64,000 nucleotides of DNA from Thiobacillus denitrificans (GTDB taxonomy: Bacteria > Pseudomonadota > Gammaproteobacteria > Burkholderiales > Thiobacillaceae). Positions 51,387-61,430 of the stretch are shown here, piece after piece. The notes beneath the pieces were generated by a model. The model had not been told where the DNA came from, did not search any database, and saw nothing but the letters and a program-made list of their open reading frames with translations. Made by a program: the position numbers and the translations under genes. Where the stretch lies: positions 110,427 through 174,426 of the forward strand of contig DYIY01000009.1 in NCBI GenBank assembly GCA_020723405.1, in the 5' to 3' direction. Numbering within the stretch: the first letter of the stretch is position 1; each line of letters opens with the position of its first letter.

Positions 51387-52421
51387 CTATCCCAGGGCCA
51401 CGCCCAGGGCGCCGCCGATGAGCCAGGTGGCCAGCCCGGCGGCGCCGCCGATGAGGAGCATGCGCAACCCGCCCAGGAGCGCGTGGCGGCCGGTGAACAG
51501 GCTGAGGGCCGCGCCCACCCCGAACAGGCTGATGCCGCTGGCCAGCAGGGTGCCGGCGAAGGCCCGCTCGCCGGACAGCAGCACGTAGGGCAGCAGGGGC
51601 ACCAGGGCACCCAGGGAAAAGGCCAGGAAGGAGGAGATGGCCGCACCCCAGGGGGACCCCAGTTCCTCAGGGTTCAGGCCCAGTTCCTCCCGGGCCAGGG
51701 TATCCAGGGCCTGGTCCGGATCCTGCAACAGGGTGTCGGCCATGCGCCGGGCCTCCTCCGCCGACACCCCCTTGGCCTGGTAGATGAGGGCCAGTTCCGC
51801 CGCTTCCTCCTTGGGGTACTGCTCCAGCTCCTCCCGTTCCAGGGTGATCTGGTATTCGTGGAACTCCCGCTGGGAGCGCACCGACACGTACTCCCCGGCG
51901 GCCATGGAAAAGGCCCCGGCCAGCAGGCCCGCCGTGCCGGACAGCAGGATCACGTCGCCTGCCGCCCCGGCGCCGGCCACCCCCAGGATCAGACTGGCGT
52001 TGGATACCAGCCCGTCGTTGACCCCGAACACCGCCGCCCGCAGGTTGCCGCCCCCCCCGGTCTTGTGATCCTCGCCACGCATCTGTTCCAGGTTCACCGG
52101 CATGCCGTGGGGCCGGACGGCGGTGTGGTAGAGGCTCATGCCCCGCACCTTCATGGCCGCCAGCACGTGGCGCAGGGGGCGCACACCCAGGCGGGGCACC
52201 AGCCAGCCCACCAGCCGGCAACGGGCATCGGGCACGAAGCGTTGCGGCACGGCCAGCCCGGCCTTGGCCATCTCTGCTTCCCACAACCCCGCCTGCCGCT
52301 CCGCCGCCTGGGCCAGTTCCAGGAACAACACCTGGCGGGGGCTGCCCGACTCCGCATCCGACACGATGCGGTAGAGCCAGGCGGAACGCTTCTCTTCAGT
52401 CCAGCTTTCCAGGGCGTCCAT
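51387..52421 (-). CDS. MbfA-like erythrin-VIT1/CCC1 family iron exporter
   Basis: N-terminal ferritin-like region plus C-terminal VIT1 TM domain (GVNDGLVSNASL...). Confidence 0.7.
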   Translation of the reverse strand: MDALESWTEEKRSAWLYRIVSDAESGSPRQVLFLELAQAAERQAGLWEAEMAKAGLAVPQRFVPDARCRLVGWLVPRLGVRPLRHVLAAMKVRGMSLYHTAVRPHGMPVNLEQMRGEDHKTGGGGNLRAAVFGVNDGLVSNASLILGVAGAGAAGDVILLSGTAGLLAGAFSMAAGEYVSVRSQREFHEYQITLEREELEQYPKEEAAELALIYQAKGVSAEEARRMADTLLQDPDQALDTLAREELGLNPEELGSPWGAAISSFLAFSLGALVPLLPYVLLSGERAFAGTLLASGISLFGVGAALSLFTGRHALLGGLRMLLIGGAAGLATWLIGGALGVALG

Positions 52422-52481
52422 GATGGGTGCGTGAGACGGGATGCCCGGGATTATCGCGGATTTCGCCTCCCGCTTCCGGGG

Positions 52482-53978
52482 TCAGCCGACCCCCCGCCGA
52501 TACTGGATGGCCTCGGCCACGTGGCCTGCCAGAATCGTGTCTGACCCGCCCAGGTCGGCCACCGTCCGAGCCACCCGCAACACCCGGTGGTAGGCCCGGG
52601 CCGACAGGCCCAGGCGGCTGATGGCCTGCTTGAGCAGGGCTTCAGCCGAGGCCTCGGCGGCACAGAAGCGGTCGATGTCCCGCCCGGCCAACTGGGCGTT
52701 GGCCTTGCCCTGGCGGGCCAGTTGCCGATCCCGCGCGCTGGCCACCCGCTGGCGGACGGTCGCCGACGCTTCACCTGGCCGGGCGCTGGTCAGGTCTGCC
52801 TCCGGCAGGGCGGGCACCTCCACGTGCAGGTCGATGCGGTCCAGCAGGGGGCCGGACAGCTTGCTGCGATAACGCGCCACCTGATCCGGGGTGCAGCGGC
52901 AACGCTGGGCCGGGTGGCCCAGGAAACCGCAGGCGCAGGGATTCATGGCCGCCACCAGTTGGAAGCGGGCGGGAAAGTCCGCCTGGCGCGCCGCCCGGGA
53001 AATGGTGATGTGCCCCGCCTCAAGAGGCTCGCGCAGGGCTTCCAGGGCCTTGCGGTCGAACTCGGGCAGTTCATCGAGGAACAGCACGCCGTGGCTGGCC
53101 TGGCTCACCTCCCCGGGCCGGGGCGGATTGCCGCCCCCCACCAGGGCCACGCCGGAGGCCGAGTGATGGGGGCTGCGCAGGGGCCGCACCCCCCACAGTT
53201 CGGGCCGGAACAGGCCGGCCAGGGACAGCACGGCGGCCGATTCCAGGGCCTCGTCCCGGGCCATGGGGGGCAGGATGCCGGGCAGCCGGGCAGCCAGCAT
53301 GGATTTGCCGGTGCCCGGCGGCCCGCTCATGAGCAGGGAATGGCCCCCGGCCGCCGCCACTTCCAGGGCCCGCCGGGCCCCCTGCTGGCCCTTCACGTCG
53401 GCCAGATCGGGATAGGCCGGGGCACCCGCCACGGCAGGGGGAGACACCCGGTGCAGAGGCGCCCGCTCCAGCAGGTGGGCACACACCGCCAGCAGGCTGT
53501 CGGCCGCGAAGACCCGGGCATCCTCCACCCGGGCCGCTTCCTCGGCGCTGGCCCGGGGCAGGATGAAGGCCCGGCCGCTGTCGGCCGCCCCCAGCAGCAT
53601 GGCCAGGGCACCGCGGATGGGGCGCAACTGCCCGCCCAGGGCCAGTTCTCCGGCGAACTCGTAGTCCTTGAGCTTCTCCCCGGGAATCTGGCCGGAGGCC
53701 GCCAGCAGGCCCAGGGCGATGGGCAGGTCGAAGCGGCCGGACTCCTTGGGCAGGTCCGCCGGGGCCAGGTTCACGGTGATGCGCCGCTGGGGAAACTCGA
53801 AGCCGGATTGGAGGAGGGCGGCCCGCACCCGGTCCCGGGCTTCCTTCACCTCGGCCTCGGCCAGGCCCACCAGGGTGAAGGCCGGAAGCCCGTTGGCCAG
53901 GTGGCATTCCACGGCCACCTCCGGCGCATCCATGCCGGCCAGGGCCCGGCTGGCGACGACGGCCAGGGTCATGATCAC
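52482..53978 (-). CDS. comM: YifB/ComM family Mg-chelatase-like AAA+ ATPase
   Basis: 498 aa with a Lon-protease-like N-terminus, Walker A GPPGTGKSM, and a C-terminal ChlI-like region. Confidence 0.9.
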   Translation of the reverse strand: MIMTLAVVASRALAGMDAPEVAVECHLANGLPAFTLVGLAEAEVKEARDRVRAALLQSGFEFPQRRITVNLAPADLPKESGRFDLPIALGLLAASGQIPGEKLKDYEFAGELALGGQLRPIRGALAMLLGAADSGRAFILPRASAEEAARVEDARVFAADSLLAVCAHLLERAPLHRVSPPAVAGAPAYPDLADVKGQQGARRALEVAAAGGHSLLMSGPPGTGKSMLAARLPGILPPMARDEALESAAVLSLAGLFRPELWGVRPLRSPHHSASGVALVGGGNPPRPGEVSQASHGVLFLDELPEFDRKALEALREPLEAGHITISRAARQADFPARFQLVAAMNPCACGFLGHPAQRCRCTPDQVARYRSKLSGPLLDRIDLHVEVPALPEADLTSARPGEASATVRQRVASARDRQLARQGKANAQLAGRDIDRFCAAEASAEALLKQAISRLGLSARAYHRVLRVARTVADLGGSDTILAGHVAEAIQYRRGVG

Positions 53979-54046
53979 TCCCTATGGTTTTGATTGCCCC
54001 CATCTTCGGGCTTGTGCACCGATCGGACAAGACCGCAGCCGCTGCT

Positions 54047-54952
54047 TCAGCGCTTCCCCCCCAGTCCCCGGCGCCCCACCCAGTCCCGGGCGAACTGCTG
54101 GGCCACCCGGCCGGAGCGGCCGCCCCGCTGGATGGCCCATTGCAGGGCTTCCCGGCGCATGGCTTCGCCGGCGTCACCGCCCAGGGCGGCCACCCAGCCG
54201 GCGACGATGGCCAGGTAATCGTCCTGGTTGAAGGGATAGAAGCTGAGCACCAGGCCGAAACGATCCGACAGGCTCACCTTTTCCTCGGTGCTTTCCCCGG
54301 GCCGCACCTCGCCGCCCAGGTGCTGGGTGGCTTCGTTCTCGGCGAAGAACTCGGGCATCAGGTGGCGGCGGTTGGAAGTGGCGCAGATCAGCACGTTGTC
54401 CGGCAGGCCGGCCACGGAACCGTCCAGGGCGGCCTTGAGGGGTTTGTAGGCGGCATCGCCCGGCTCGAAGGAAAGATCGTCGGCGAACAGGATGAAGCGC
54501 CCCGGCTGGCCGGCCAGGCGCTCGGTGATGTCCGGCAGGTCCATGAGATCGTCCCGGTCCACTTCCACCAGGCGCAAGCCCTTCCTGGCGTAGCGGGGCA
54601 GCAGGGCCTTGACGAGGGAGGACTTGCCGCAGCCCCGGCTGCCCGCCAGCAGCACGTTGTTGGCCGGCAGGCCCTTGAGGAACTGGCGGATGTTGCGGTC
54701 CAGGGTGGCCTTCTGTTCGTCGATGCCGGTGAGGGCCGCCCAGGGCGGACAGTTGAGGATGCCCACCGGCGCCAGGGCACCCTGGCCCATCCGGCGCCGC
54801 CAGCGGCAGGCCAGGGTGGTGCGCCAGTCCACCCGGCGGGGCGCCGGGGGCAGCCAGGCGTCCAGGCGGATCAGCAGATCGTTGGCCCGGGCGATGAGCA
54901 GGGCCAGTTCCGGGGAGACCTGGTAGCTGGGGGATTCGTCGTCATCGTTCAT
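54047..54952 (-). CDS. AAA-family ATPase (DUF815-like)
   Basis: 301 aa starting MNDDDESPSYQV..., with P-loop LLAGSRGCGKSSL. The track ORF is extended upstream by read-through. Confidence 0.6.
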   Translation of the reverse strand: MNDDDESPSYQVSPELALLIARANDLLIRLDAWLPPAPRRVDWRTTLACRWRRRMGQGALAPVGILNCPPWAALTGIDEQKATLDRNIRQFLKGLPANNVLLAGSRGCGKSSLVKALLPRYARKGLRLVEVDRDDLMDLPDITERLAGQPGRFILFADDLSFEPGDAAYKPLKAALDGSVAGLPDNVLICATSNRRHLMPEFFAENEATQHLGGEVRPGESTEEKVSLSDRFGLVLSFYPFNQDDYLAIVAGWVAALGGDAGEAMRREALQWAIQRGGRSGRVAQQFARDWVGRRGLGGKR

Positions 54953-55003
54953 GGCGGGTCCTCGCGTGTGACGCGCCATTCTAGCCCGGGCATACTTGGG
55001 ACC

Positions 55004-55453
55004 ATGGCTGCCCGGCACCCCACCTCCTACCGACCCGTCACTCCCGTCCGTGACCTGCTGGCCCGTTCCGGCGCCCGCATCACTCCGGCCCGGGAAACCG
55101 TGCTGGCCATCCTGCTGGAGGCGCCCCGGGCCCTGAGCCACCTGGAAGTGGAGCAGGCTGCCCGGCAGCGGGGCCTGACGGCGGACCGGGTGACCCTTTA
55201 CCGGGTGCTGGACTGGCTGGTGGGGCAGGGACTCGCCCACCGCATCGAGGGCCAGGACCGGGTGCGCCGCTTCAACGCCGAAGCAGCCGTGGAACACGCT
55301 CACGCCCACTTCCACTGTACCCGCTGCGGCCAGGTGTTCTGCCTGGAACAGCCTTTGCCGCGCCATAAGCCCCAGCTTCCGGAAGGTTTCCGGTTCGAGG
55401 GCATGGAATTGACCATCCGGGGGCTGTGCCCCACCTGTTCCACCCAGACCTGA
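55004..55453 (+). CDS. zur: Fur-family regulator, probable Zur
   Basis: 149 aa with a Fur fold (LTPARETVLAIL...HFHCTRCGQV...CPTC). Adjacent to zinc-uptake genes. Confidence 0.8.
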   Translation: MAARHPTSYRPVTPVRDLLARSGARITPARETVLAILLEAPRALSHLEVEQAARQRGLTADRVTLYRVLDWLVGQGLAHRIEGQDRVRRFNAEAAVEHAHAHFHCTRCGQVFCLEQPLPRHKPQLPEGFRFEGMELTIRGLCPTCSTQT

Positions 55454-55492
55454 AGCCATCCGGTCCGACAGGAAACCGGCAGGATTGAAACC

Positions 55493-55543
55493 ATGCAATG
55501 TGCAACAAGGTTGCATTTTGACTATGATGCAACTCAATTGCAT
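55493..55543. promoter_or_regulatory. Candidate Zur operator(s): palindromes TGCAAC-AAG-GTTGCA (55501-55515) and ATGCAA-CTCAA-TTGCAT (55527-55543)
   Basis: Two adjacent perfect-arm palindromes overlapping the zupT promoter region. Confidence 0.5.
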
Positions 55544-55557
55544 TTGTGGTTCCGTCC

Positions 55558-56331
55558 ATGACCCTGTTCTCCATCCTACTGGCCACCCTGGCTGCCGGCG
55601 TGATCTCCGTCCTCCTGGCCGGCGGCCTGGCCCTCACCTGGCTACCCCGTTTTGCCGATCGGATGCTGGCCTATGCCGTGGGGGTGCTGTTGGCCTTCGC
55701 CCTGACCGATCTACTGCCCGAGGCGGTGGACTTGGGCCTGGAACCGGGCCAGGCGGGGCAGGTTCTGCTGGTGGCCATCATGGCCTTCTTCCTGCTGGAG
55801 AAGGCGGCCCTCTGGCGCCACGACCATCACCACGGCCACGCCGGCGCCCATGATGGCCACTCCCACGGCGGCCACCCGCCCCAGGTGGCCATGATCGTGC
55901 TGGGGGACGGCCTGCACAACTTCGTGGACGGCGTGCTCATCGCCGCCGCCTTTCTCACCGATCCGCTGCTGGGCTGGAGCACCGCCGTGGCCGTGCTGGC
56001 CCACGAGCTGCCCCAGGAGATCGGCGACTTCATGATCCTGCTGGGGGCTGGTTTGTCCCGGGGCCGGGCTCTGGCCCTCAACGCCCTGTCCGGCGGCGGC
56101 ATGGTGCTGGGCGGGGTGGCGGGCTATTTCACCCTGGCCGACGCCCAGGCGGCGGTACCCTACGTGCTGGTCACCGCTGCGGCCAGCTTCATCTACATCG
56201 CCGTGGCCGACCTGGTCCCGGAACTCCATCGCCGCCGCCGCCTGGCCGATGCCGCCAGCCAGTTCCTGTTGTTGCTGGCGGGGGTGGGCACGGTACAGTT
56301 GGTAGGACTGTTTGCCGGACACAGCCATTGA
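55558..56331 (+). CDS. zupT: ZIP-family zinc transporter
   Basis: Eight TM segments and a His-rich loop (HDHHHGHAGAHDGHSHGGH). Confidence 0.88.
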   Translation: MTLFSILLATLAAGVISVLLAGGLALTWLPRFADRMLAYAVGVLLAFALTDLLPEAVDLGLEPGQAGQVLLVAIMAFFLLEKAALWRHDHHHGHAGAHDGHSHGGHPPQVAMIVLGDGLHNFVDGVLIAAAFLTDPLLGWSTAVAVLAHELPQEIGDFMILLGAGLSRGRALALNALSGGGMVLGGVAGYFTLADAQAAVPYVLVTAAASFIYIAVADLVPELHRRRRLADAASQFLLLLAGVGTVQLVGLFAGHSH

Positions 56332-56397
56332 CGGTGCCATGAACTTTTTCACCCAGGCCGGTCCATTCCGGCCAATCACTGCTCCCGGGAGACCCGC

Positions 56398-56931
56398 ATG
56401 AAAAGGCTACTGCTCTGCCTCATCCCCGCCTTGGCCCCGTCGGCGCCGGCCCTTGCCGCTGACCACGGCCACAGCCACGGCGCCCACCAGCACGGCAGCG
56501 CCAAGCTGGAAGTGGTCATCGACGGCACCGCATTGCATATCCGTCTGGAATCCCCCCTGGACAGCGTGCTGGGCTTCGAACACGCGCCGGGCAATGCCAA
56601 GGAGAAAGCTGCCGTGGCCCGCATGAAGGAATTGCTGGGCCAGGGTGACAAGCTGTTCGGCCCCACCACGGCCGCCCAGTGCCGATTTGCCGGTGCCACG
56701 GTGGAGGCCCCGGTGCTGGAGGGCCAATCCGTTGCCGCCAAGGGTGACGGCCACGGCGATCTGGACGCTGATTTCCGCTTCATCTGCGCCCAGCCGGGCA
56801 AGCTCACCGGCATGGAAGTGCGCCTGCCCGAGCATTTCCCGCGCATGCGCGGCATCGACGCCCAGGTGGCCGGACCCCGGGGCCAGTCGGCGAAGCGCCT
56901 GAGCGGGAAGATGCGCTTCCTGAACTGGTAG
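56398..56931 (+). CDS. zrgA: DUF2796 periplasmic zinc-binding protein (ZrgA-like)
   Basis: Signal peptide plus His-rich DHGHSHGAHQHG. Leads an ABC operon, as in Vibrio zrgABCDE. Confidence 0.7.
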   Translation: MKRLLLCLIPALAPSAPALAADHGHSHGAHQHGSAKLEVVIDGTALHIRLESPLDSVLGFEHAPGNAKEKAAVARMKELLGQGDKLFGPTTAAQCRFAGATVEAPVLEGQSVAAKGDGHGDLDADFRFICAQPGKLTGMEVRLPEHFPRMRGIDAQVAGPRGQSAKRLSGKMRFLNW

Positions 56932-56976
56932 CATTCCGCCGGTTCCCTTACCCGGCAGGTCCCTGCTGCCCCCATC

Positions 56977-57681
56977 TTGGCCCCACCCCTGCTCAGTCTG
57001 GCTGACCTGGCCTTTACCTGGCCCGGCCAGCCCGTCCCCTGCCTGGACATCCCCGCCTTCGCGGTGGGGGCCGATGAACAGGTGTTCCTGCACGGCGAGA
57101 GCGGTAGCGGCAAGAGCACCCTGCTCAACCTGCTGGCCGGGGTGCTGGTGCCGCAACGGGGCCGGCTGGAGGCCCTGGGCCAGCCCCTGCCCGGCCTGTC
57201 CGCCGCCGCCCGGGACCGTTTCCGGGTGGACCACGTGGGCCTCATCTTCCAGCAGTTCAACCTGATTCCCTACCTGTCGGTGCTGGACAACGTGCTGTTG
57301 CCCTGCCGGTTCTCCAGCCGCCGCCGGCAGCGGGCCCTGGAGAACGCGCACGATCTGAGGGCCGCCGCCGGCCAGCTCCTGGCCCATCTGGACCTGGGCG
57401 AAGACCTCTGGAAACGCCCCGCCGCCCAGCTTTCCGTGGGCCAGCAGCAACGGGTGGCCGCTGCCCGGGCCCTGATCGGCCGGCCGGAGATCGTCATCGC
57501 CGACGAGCCCACCTCGGCCCTGGACGCCAGCCGCCAGGACGCCTTCCTGGACCTGCTGCGCCGGGAGTGCACCGCCGCCCGGGCCGCCCTGTTGTTCGTC
57601 AGCCACGACCAGCGCCTGGCCGAAGGTTTCGCCCGGCGGGTGGCCATGCAGGACATCAACCGGTCCGGCGGGGCTGCCTGA
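56977..57681 (+). CDS. ABC transporter ATP-binding protein (ZrgB-like)
   Basis: TTG start. Walker A GESGSGKST, signature LSVGQQQRVAAAR and Walker B IVIADEPTSALD. Confidence 0.88.
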   Translation: MAPPLLSLADLAFTWPGQPVPCLDIPAFAVGADEQVFLHGESGSGKSTLLNLLAGVLVPQRGRLEALGQPLPGLSAAARDRFRVDHVGLIFQQFNLIPYLSVLDNVLLPCRFSSRRRQRALENAHDLRAAAGQLLAHLDLGEDLWKRPAAQLSVGQQQRVAAARALIGRPEIVIADEPTSALDASRQDAFLDLLRRECTAARAALLFVSHDQRLAEGFARRVAMQDINRSGGAA

Positions 57682-58943
57682 TGGGCCATCTGTTCCCCCT
57701 GGCCTGGAAGAGCGCCTGGAACCGCCGCTACAGCCTGGGTCTCACCGTGCTGGCCATCGCCCTGTCGGTGACCCTGCTGCTGGGCATCGAACGGCTGCGC
57801 CAGGACGCCCGGGCCGGCTTCGAACAGTCCATTTCCGGCACCGACCTGGTGGTGGGGGCCCGCTCCAGCCCGGTGCAGCTCATGCTCTACAGCGTCTTCC
57901 GCATGGGTGAAGCCACCCAGAACATGGGCTGGCAGAGCGCCCGGGAACTGGCCGCCCACCCGGCGGTGGCCTGGAGCATTCCCCTCTCCCTGGGCGACTC
58001 CCACCAGGGCTACCCGGTGGTGGGCACCAGCCAGGACTACTTCCGCCATTTCCACTATGGCGAAGGGCTGGCCCTGGCCTTCGCCCAGGGCCAGCCCTTC
58101 GCCGGCCTGTGGGACGCCGTGCTGGGCGCCGAAGTGGCCCGCGGCCTGGGCTACAAACTGGGTGACCCCATCACCCTGAGCCATGGCCTGGGTGGGGAAG
58201 GCATGGCCGAACACGGCGACAAACCCTTCCGGGTGGTGGGCATCCTGGCCCCTACCGGCACGCCGGTGGACCGCAGCGTGCACATCCAATTGGAATCCCT
58301 GGAAGCCATCCATCTGGACTGGCAAGGCGGCGCCCCCCTGCCCGGGCTGAACATCCCCCCGGACCTGGTGAAGAAATTCGACCTCACCCCCAAGAGCATC
58401 ACCGCCCTGCTGGTGGGCCTGCACAGCCGGGCCCGGGTTTTCGCCATGCAAAGGCAGATCGCCGCCTATCCGGACGAAGCCCTCATGGCCGTGCTGCCCG
58501 GCGTGGCCCTGTCCCAGCTCTGGGACGTGGTGGGGGTGGTGGAAAAGGCTCTGCTGGCCATTTCCGCCCTGGTGGTGGCCGTGGGTCTGGCCGGCCTGGT
58601 GGCCGTGGTGCTCTCCGGCCTGGACCAGCGCCGCCGGGAACTGGCCATCCTGCGCGCCAACGGGGCCCGGCCCCGGGACATCTTCCTGCTCCTGGCCCTG
58701 GAAGGGGGCCTGCTCACCCTGGCCGGCCTGGTCCTGGGGATCAGCCTGCTGGCCGGTCTGGTGTTCTTCCTGGCACCCTGGGTGCAGGCCCACTATGGCC
58801 TGGTCCTGGGCCACACCCCCCCGGGCCTGGCGGAACTCCGGCTGCTGGGCTGGGTCCTGGGGGTGGGCCTGGCCGCCAGCCTGTTTCCCGGCTGGCGGGC
58901 CTACCGGCTTTCCCTGGCCGACGGCCTGACTCCCCGTACATGA
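57681..58943 (+). CDS. ABC transporter permease, FtsX-like (ZrgC-like)
   Basis: Start overlaps the ATPase stop (TGATG). FtsX-type 4-TM topology with a large periplasmic loop. Confidence 0.85.
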   Translation: MGHLFPLAWKSAWNRRYSLGLTVLAIALSVTLLLGIERLRQDARAGFEQSISGTDLVVGARSSPVQLMLYSVFRMGEATQNMGWQSARELAAHPAVAWSIPLSLGDSHQGYPVVGTSQDYFRHFHYGEGLALAFAQGQPFAGLWDAVLGAEVARGLGYKLGDPITLSHGLGGEGMAEHGDKPFRVVGILAPTGTPVDRSVHIQLESLEAIHLDWQGGAPLPGLNIPPDLVKKFDLTPKSITALLVGLHSRARVFAMQRQIAAYPDEALMAVLPGVALSQLWDVVGVVEKALLAISALVVAVGLAGLVAVVLSGLDQRRRELAILRANGARPRDIFLLLALEGGLLTLAGLVLGISLLAGLVFFLAPWVQAHYGLVLGHTPPGLAELRLLGWVLGVGLAASLFPGWRAYRLSLADGLTPRT

Positions 58944-58950
58944 GGCAAGC

Positions 58951-59520
58951 ATGAAACCCTGGATTCCTCTTCTTCTCCTCCTGGCCGCCCTGGGCGCCCG
59001 GGCCGCCGACGACTACAAGGTGGGCGATCGCCTGCCCACACCCGCCAAGGCTGAAACCGCCAAGGCGAAGTTCAAGGAAACAAGCTGGGACGATCTCCTG
59101 CCCAAGGGCTGGGACCCCATGGCTTCGTTCAAGGGGATCGACCTGAACAAGCTCAACGATTCGGACCCGCGGGCCGACGAAGCCTTGCGCAATCTGCGCA
59201 AGGCCTGGGATGCCGCCCCTGCCAATGAGGCCATGAACGGCGCCCCGATCCGCATCGCCGGCTTCCTGGTGCCCCTGGAATGGGGCGACAAGGCCATGAA
59301 GGAATTCCTGCTGGTACCCTACTTCGGCGCCTGCATCCACGTGCCACCGCCCCCCGCCAACCAGATCATCCACGTCATCGCCGACCAGCCCGCCAAAGAC
59401 GTGAAGGCCATGGAAGCCGTGTGGGTCGAAGGCACCCTGGAACTGGGGCTGGCCGATACCGCCATGGGCCGTTCCAGTTACCGCATGAAGGCCCGCAGCG
59501 TCGCCAAGTACAAGAAGTGA
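58951..59520 (+). CDS. DUF3299 periplasmic protein (ZrgD-like)
   Basis: Signal peptide MKPWIPLLLLLAALGARA and DUF3299-like sequence. Last gene of the zinc ABC operon. Confidence 0.7.
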   Translation: MKPWIPLLLLLAALGARAADDYKVGDRLPTPAKAETAKAKFKETSWDDLLPKGWDPMASFKGIDLNKLNDSDPRADEALRNLRKAWDAAPANEAMNGAPIRIAGFLVPLEWGDKAMKEFLLVPYFGACIHVPPPPANQIIHVIADQPAKDVKAMEAVWVEGTLELGLADTAMGRSSYRMKARSVAKYKK

Positions 59521-59573
59521 CGGGTGGGGCGGCGCAAGGGCGGAACCCGCGACTGCACAGTGCCCGGGCAGAC

Positions 59574-59789
59574 ATGACGCCTCCCCGGATAAACCAGGCC
59601 CGGCCCGGCGACATGCCGGCCATCGCCGCCCTGGCTCCGGCCGCCTTCGGCCCGGACGAAGGGCCGGTGATCGTGCAGTTGCTGGACGACCTGATGCGGG
59701 ATGCCACCGCCCGGCCTGCCTACCCCTGGTTCAACGGCGGTACACTTGGCTCCATCCGTTTTCGATACGCCGCTCACCCATCGGCCTGA
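59574..59789 (+). pseudogene. Truncated GNAT N-acetyltransferase (N-terminal about 55 aa only)
   Basis: MTPPRINQARPGDMPAIAALAPAAFGPDEGPVIVQLLDDLMRDATARPAY, then the sequence diverges into an unrelated short tail and stop. Confidence 0.4.
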
Positions 59790-59945
59790 TCGCTCGGATT
59801 TCAGGCGGGATCAAAGCCAGGATGAGCGCGGAAAAATCCGCTGGAGAGAGGGAATCCCCAAGCTGCGATTGTTCACCCTCTGATGAAATCGGCATGTTCT
59901 CCCCCGAAAGAAGGGCACCCAGGTCGAGGAAACAGGAGCACCTTC

Positions 59946-61430
59946 ATGTTGTCCGTAGTCGAGCAGCACAGGTTGCACATTTCACGTAATACCGAGGCGG
60001 CCAAAAAGTCCCGGCTGGGGCAGTTCCTTACCCCGGAAAGCACAGCCAGATTCATGGCGAGTCTCTTCCCGGAGGCCGGGGGACAGGGCCGTTTGCTGGA
60101 TGCGGGGGCGGGAATCGGCTCCCTCTGCGCAGCCTTTCTGGCGCGCTGGCGCAGCGGCGGATTCCAATTCCAGCAGGTGGACGTGGATGCCTTTGAAATC
60201 GACCCCACCCTGCATGCCTGCCTGGCGCAAACCCTCGGGAAATTCGCCCGGGGTGAAACCCTCACCACCCGGATCCACGGCGAGGATTTCATCCATGCCG
60301 CCGTCGATTCCCTTTCCGGCAATCTGTTTGGTGAACGACTGGGCCACTACACCCACGCGATCCTCAATCCGCCCTACAAGAAGATCAACAGCCGGTCGGC
60401 CCACCGCTTGGCCCTGCGTGCGGTGGGCATTGAAACCGTCAACCTGTATTCAGCCTTCGTGGCCCTGGCCCTGGCCCAGTTGGCGCCCGGCGGACAGATG
60501 GTGGCCATCATCCCGCGCAGCTTCTGCAACGGCCCCTACTACCGCCCGTTCCGGGATTTCATCCTGGCCCGGGCCGCCATCCGCCAGATCCACCTGTTCG
60601 AGTCCCGCAACCAGGCCTTCAAGGATGATGAAGTGCTGCAGGAGAACATCATCATTCGTCTGGAGCGGGCCGGTCAGCCTGGGCCGGTCACGGTATCCAC
60701 CTCCACCGACGACAGCTTTTCCGACCTGGCCGATCATCTGCACCCATTCGAGCGGATCGTCTTCCCGGAAGATCCGGAGCGATTCATCCACGTGCCCACG
60801 TCACCCGACCCGAACACCCTCGAATTGTCTGCCGCCGTGCGCTACACCCTGGCCGACCTGGGCCTGCAGGTATCCACGGGGCCGGTGGTCGATTTCCGTC
60901 TGAAGGACCATCTGCGCGACCTGCCCGGTCCGGATTCGGTGCCCTTGCTCTACCCCGGCCACTTCAGCGAAACCGGGCTGGTCTGGCCCATCCCCGGCAT
61001 GAAAAAGCCCAATGCGCTCCAGCGCAACGACGCCACTGAAAAGTGGTTGTACCCCAACGGCTTTTACTGCGTGGTCCGCCGCTTCTCCTCCAAAGAAGAA
61101 CGGCGGCGCATCGTCGCCAGCGTGGTGGATCCCGCCCTCTTTGCCGGACAATCCTGGCTGGGCTTCGAGAACCACCTGAACCTGTTCCACGAACGTAAAC
61201 GCGGACTGCCCGAATCCCTGGCCAGGGGGCTGGCCGCCTACCTGAACACCACTGCCGTGGATGAACACTTTCGCCGTTTCAACGGCCATACCCAGGTCAA
61301 TGCCACCGACCTCAAACTGATCAAGTACCCCAGCCGCGCGGCACTGATCGCCCTGGGCCAATGGGCCGGGGAAAACCCGGCACCCACCCAGGCCATGCTG
61401 GATGAACAACTGGGCAAACTGACGCCATGA
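59946..61430 (+). CDS. N6-adenine DNA methyltransferase, Eco57I/PstI-type (R-M modification subunit)
   Basis: 494 aa with a SAM-binding region and NPPY catalytic motif (ILNPPYKK). Confidence 0.85.
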   Translation: MLSVVEQHRLHISRNTEAAKKSRLGQFLTPESTARFMASLFPEAGGQGRLLDAGAGIGSLCAAFLARWRSGGFQFQQVDVDAFEIDPTLHACLAQTLGKFARGETLTTRIHGEDFIHAAVDSLSGNLFGERLGHYTHAILNPPYKKINSRSAHRLALRAVGIETVNLYSAFVALALAQLAPGGQMVAIIPRSFCNGPYYRPFRDFILARAAIRQIHLFESRNQAFKDDEVLQENIIIRLERAGQPGPVTVSTSTDDSFSDLADHLHPFERIVFPEDPERFIHVPTSPDPNTLELSAAVRYTLADLGLQVSTGPVVDFRLKDHLRDLPGPDSVPLLYPGHFSETGLVWPIPGMKKPNALQRNDATEKWLYPNGFYCVVRRFSSKEERRRIVASVVDPALFAGQSWLGFENHLNLFHERKRGLPESLARGLAAYLNTTAVDEHFRRFNGHTQVNATDLKLIKYPSRAALIALGQWAGENPAPTQAMLDEQLGKLTP

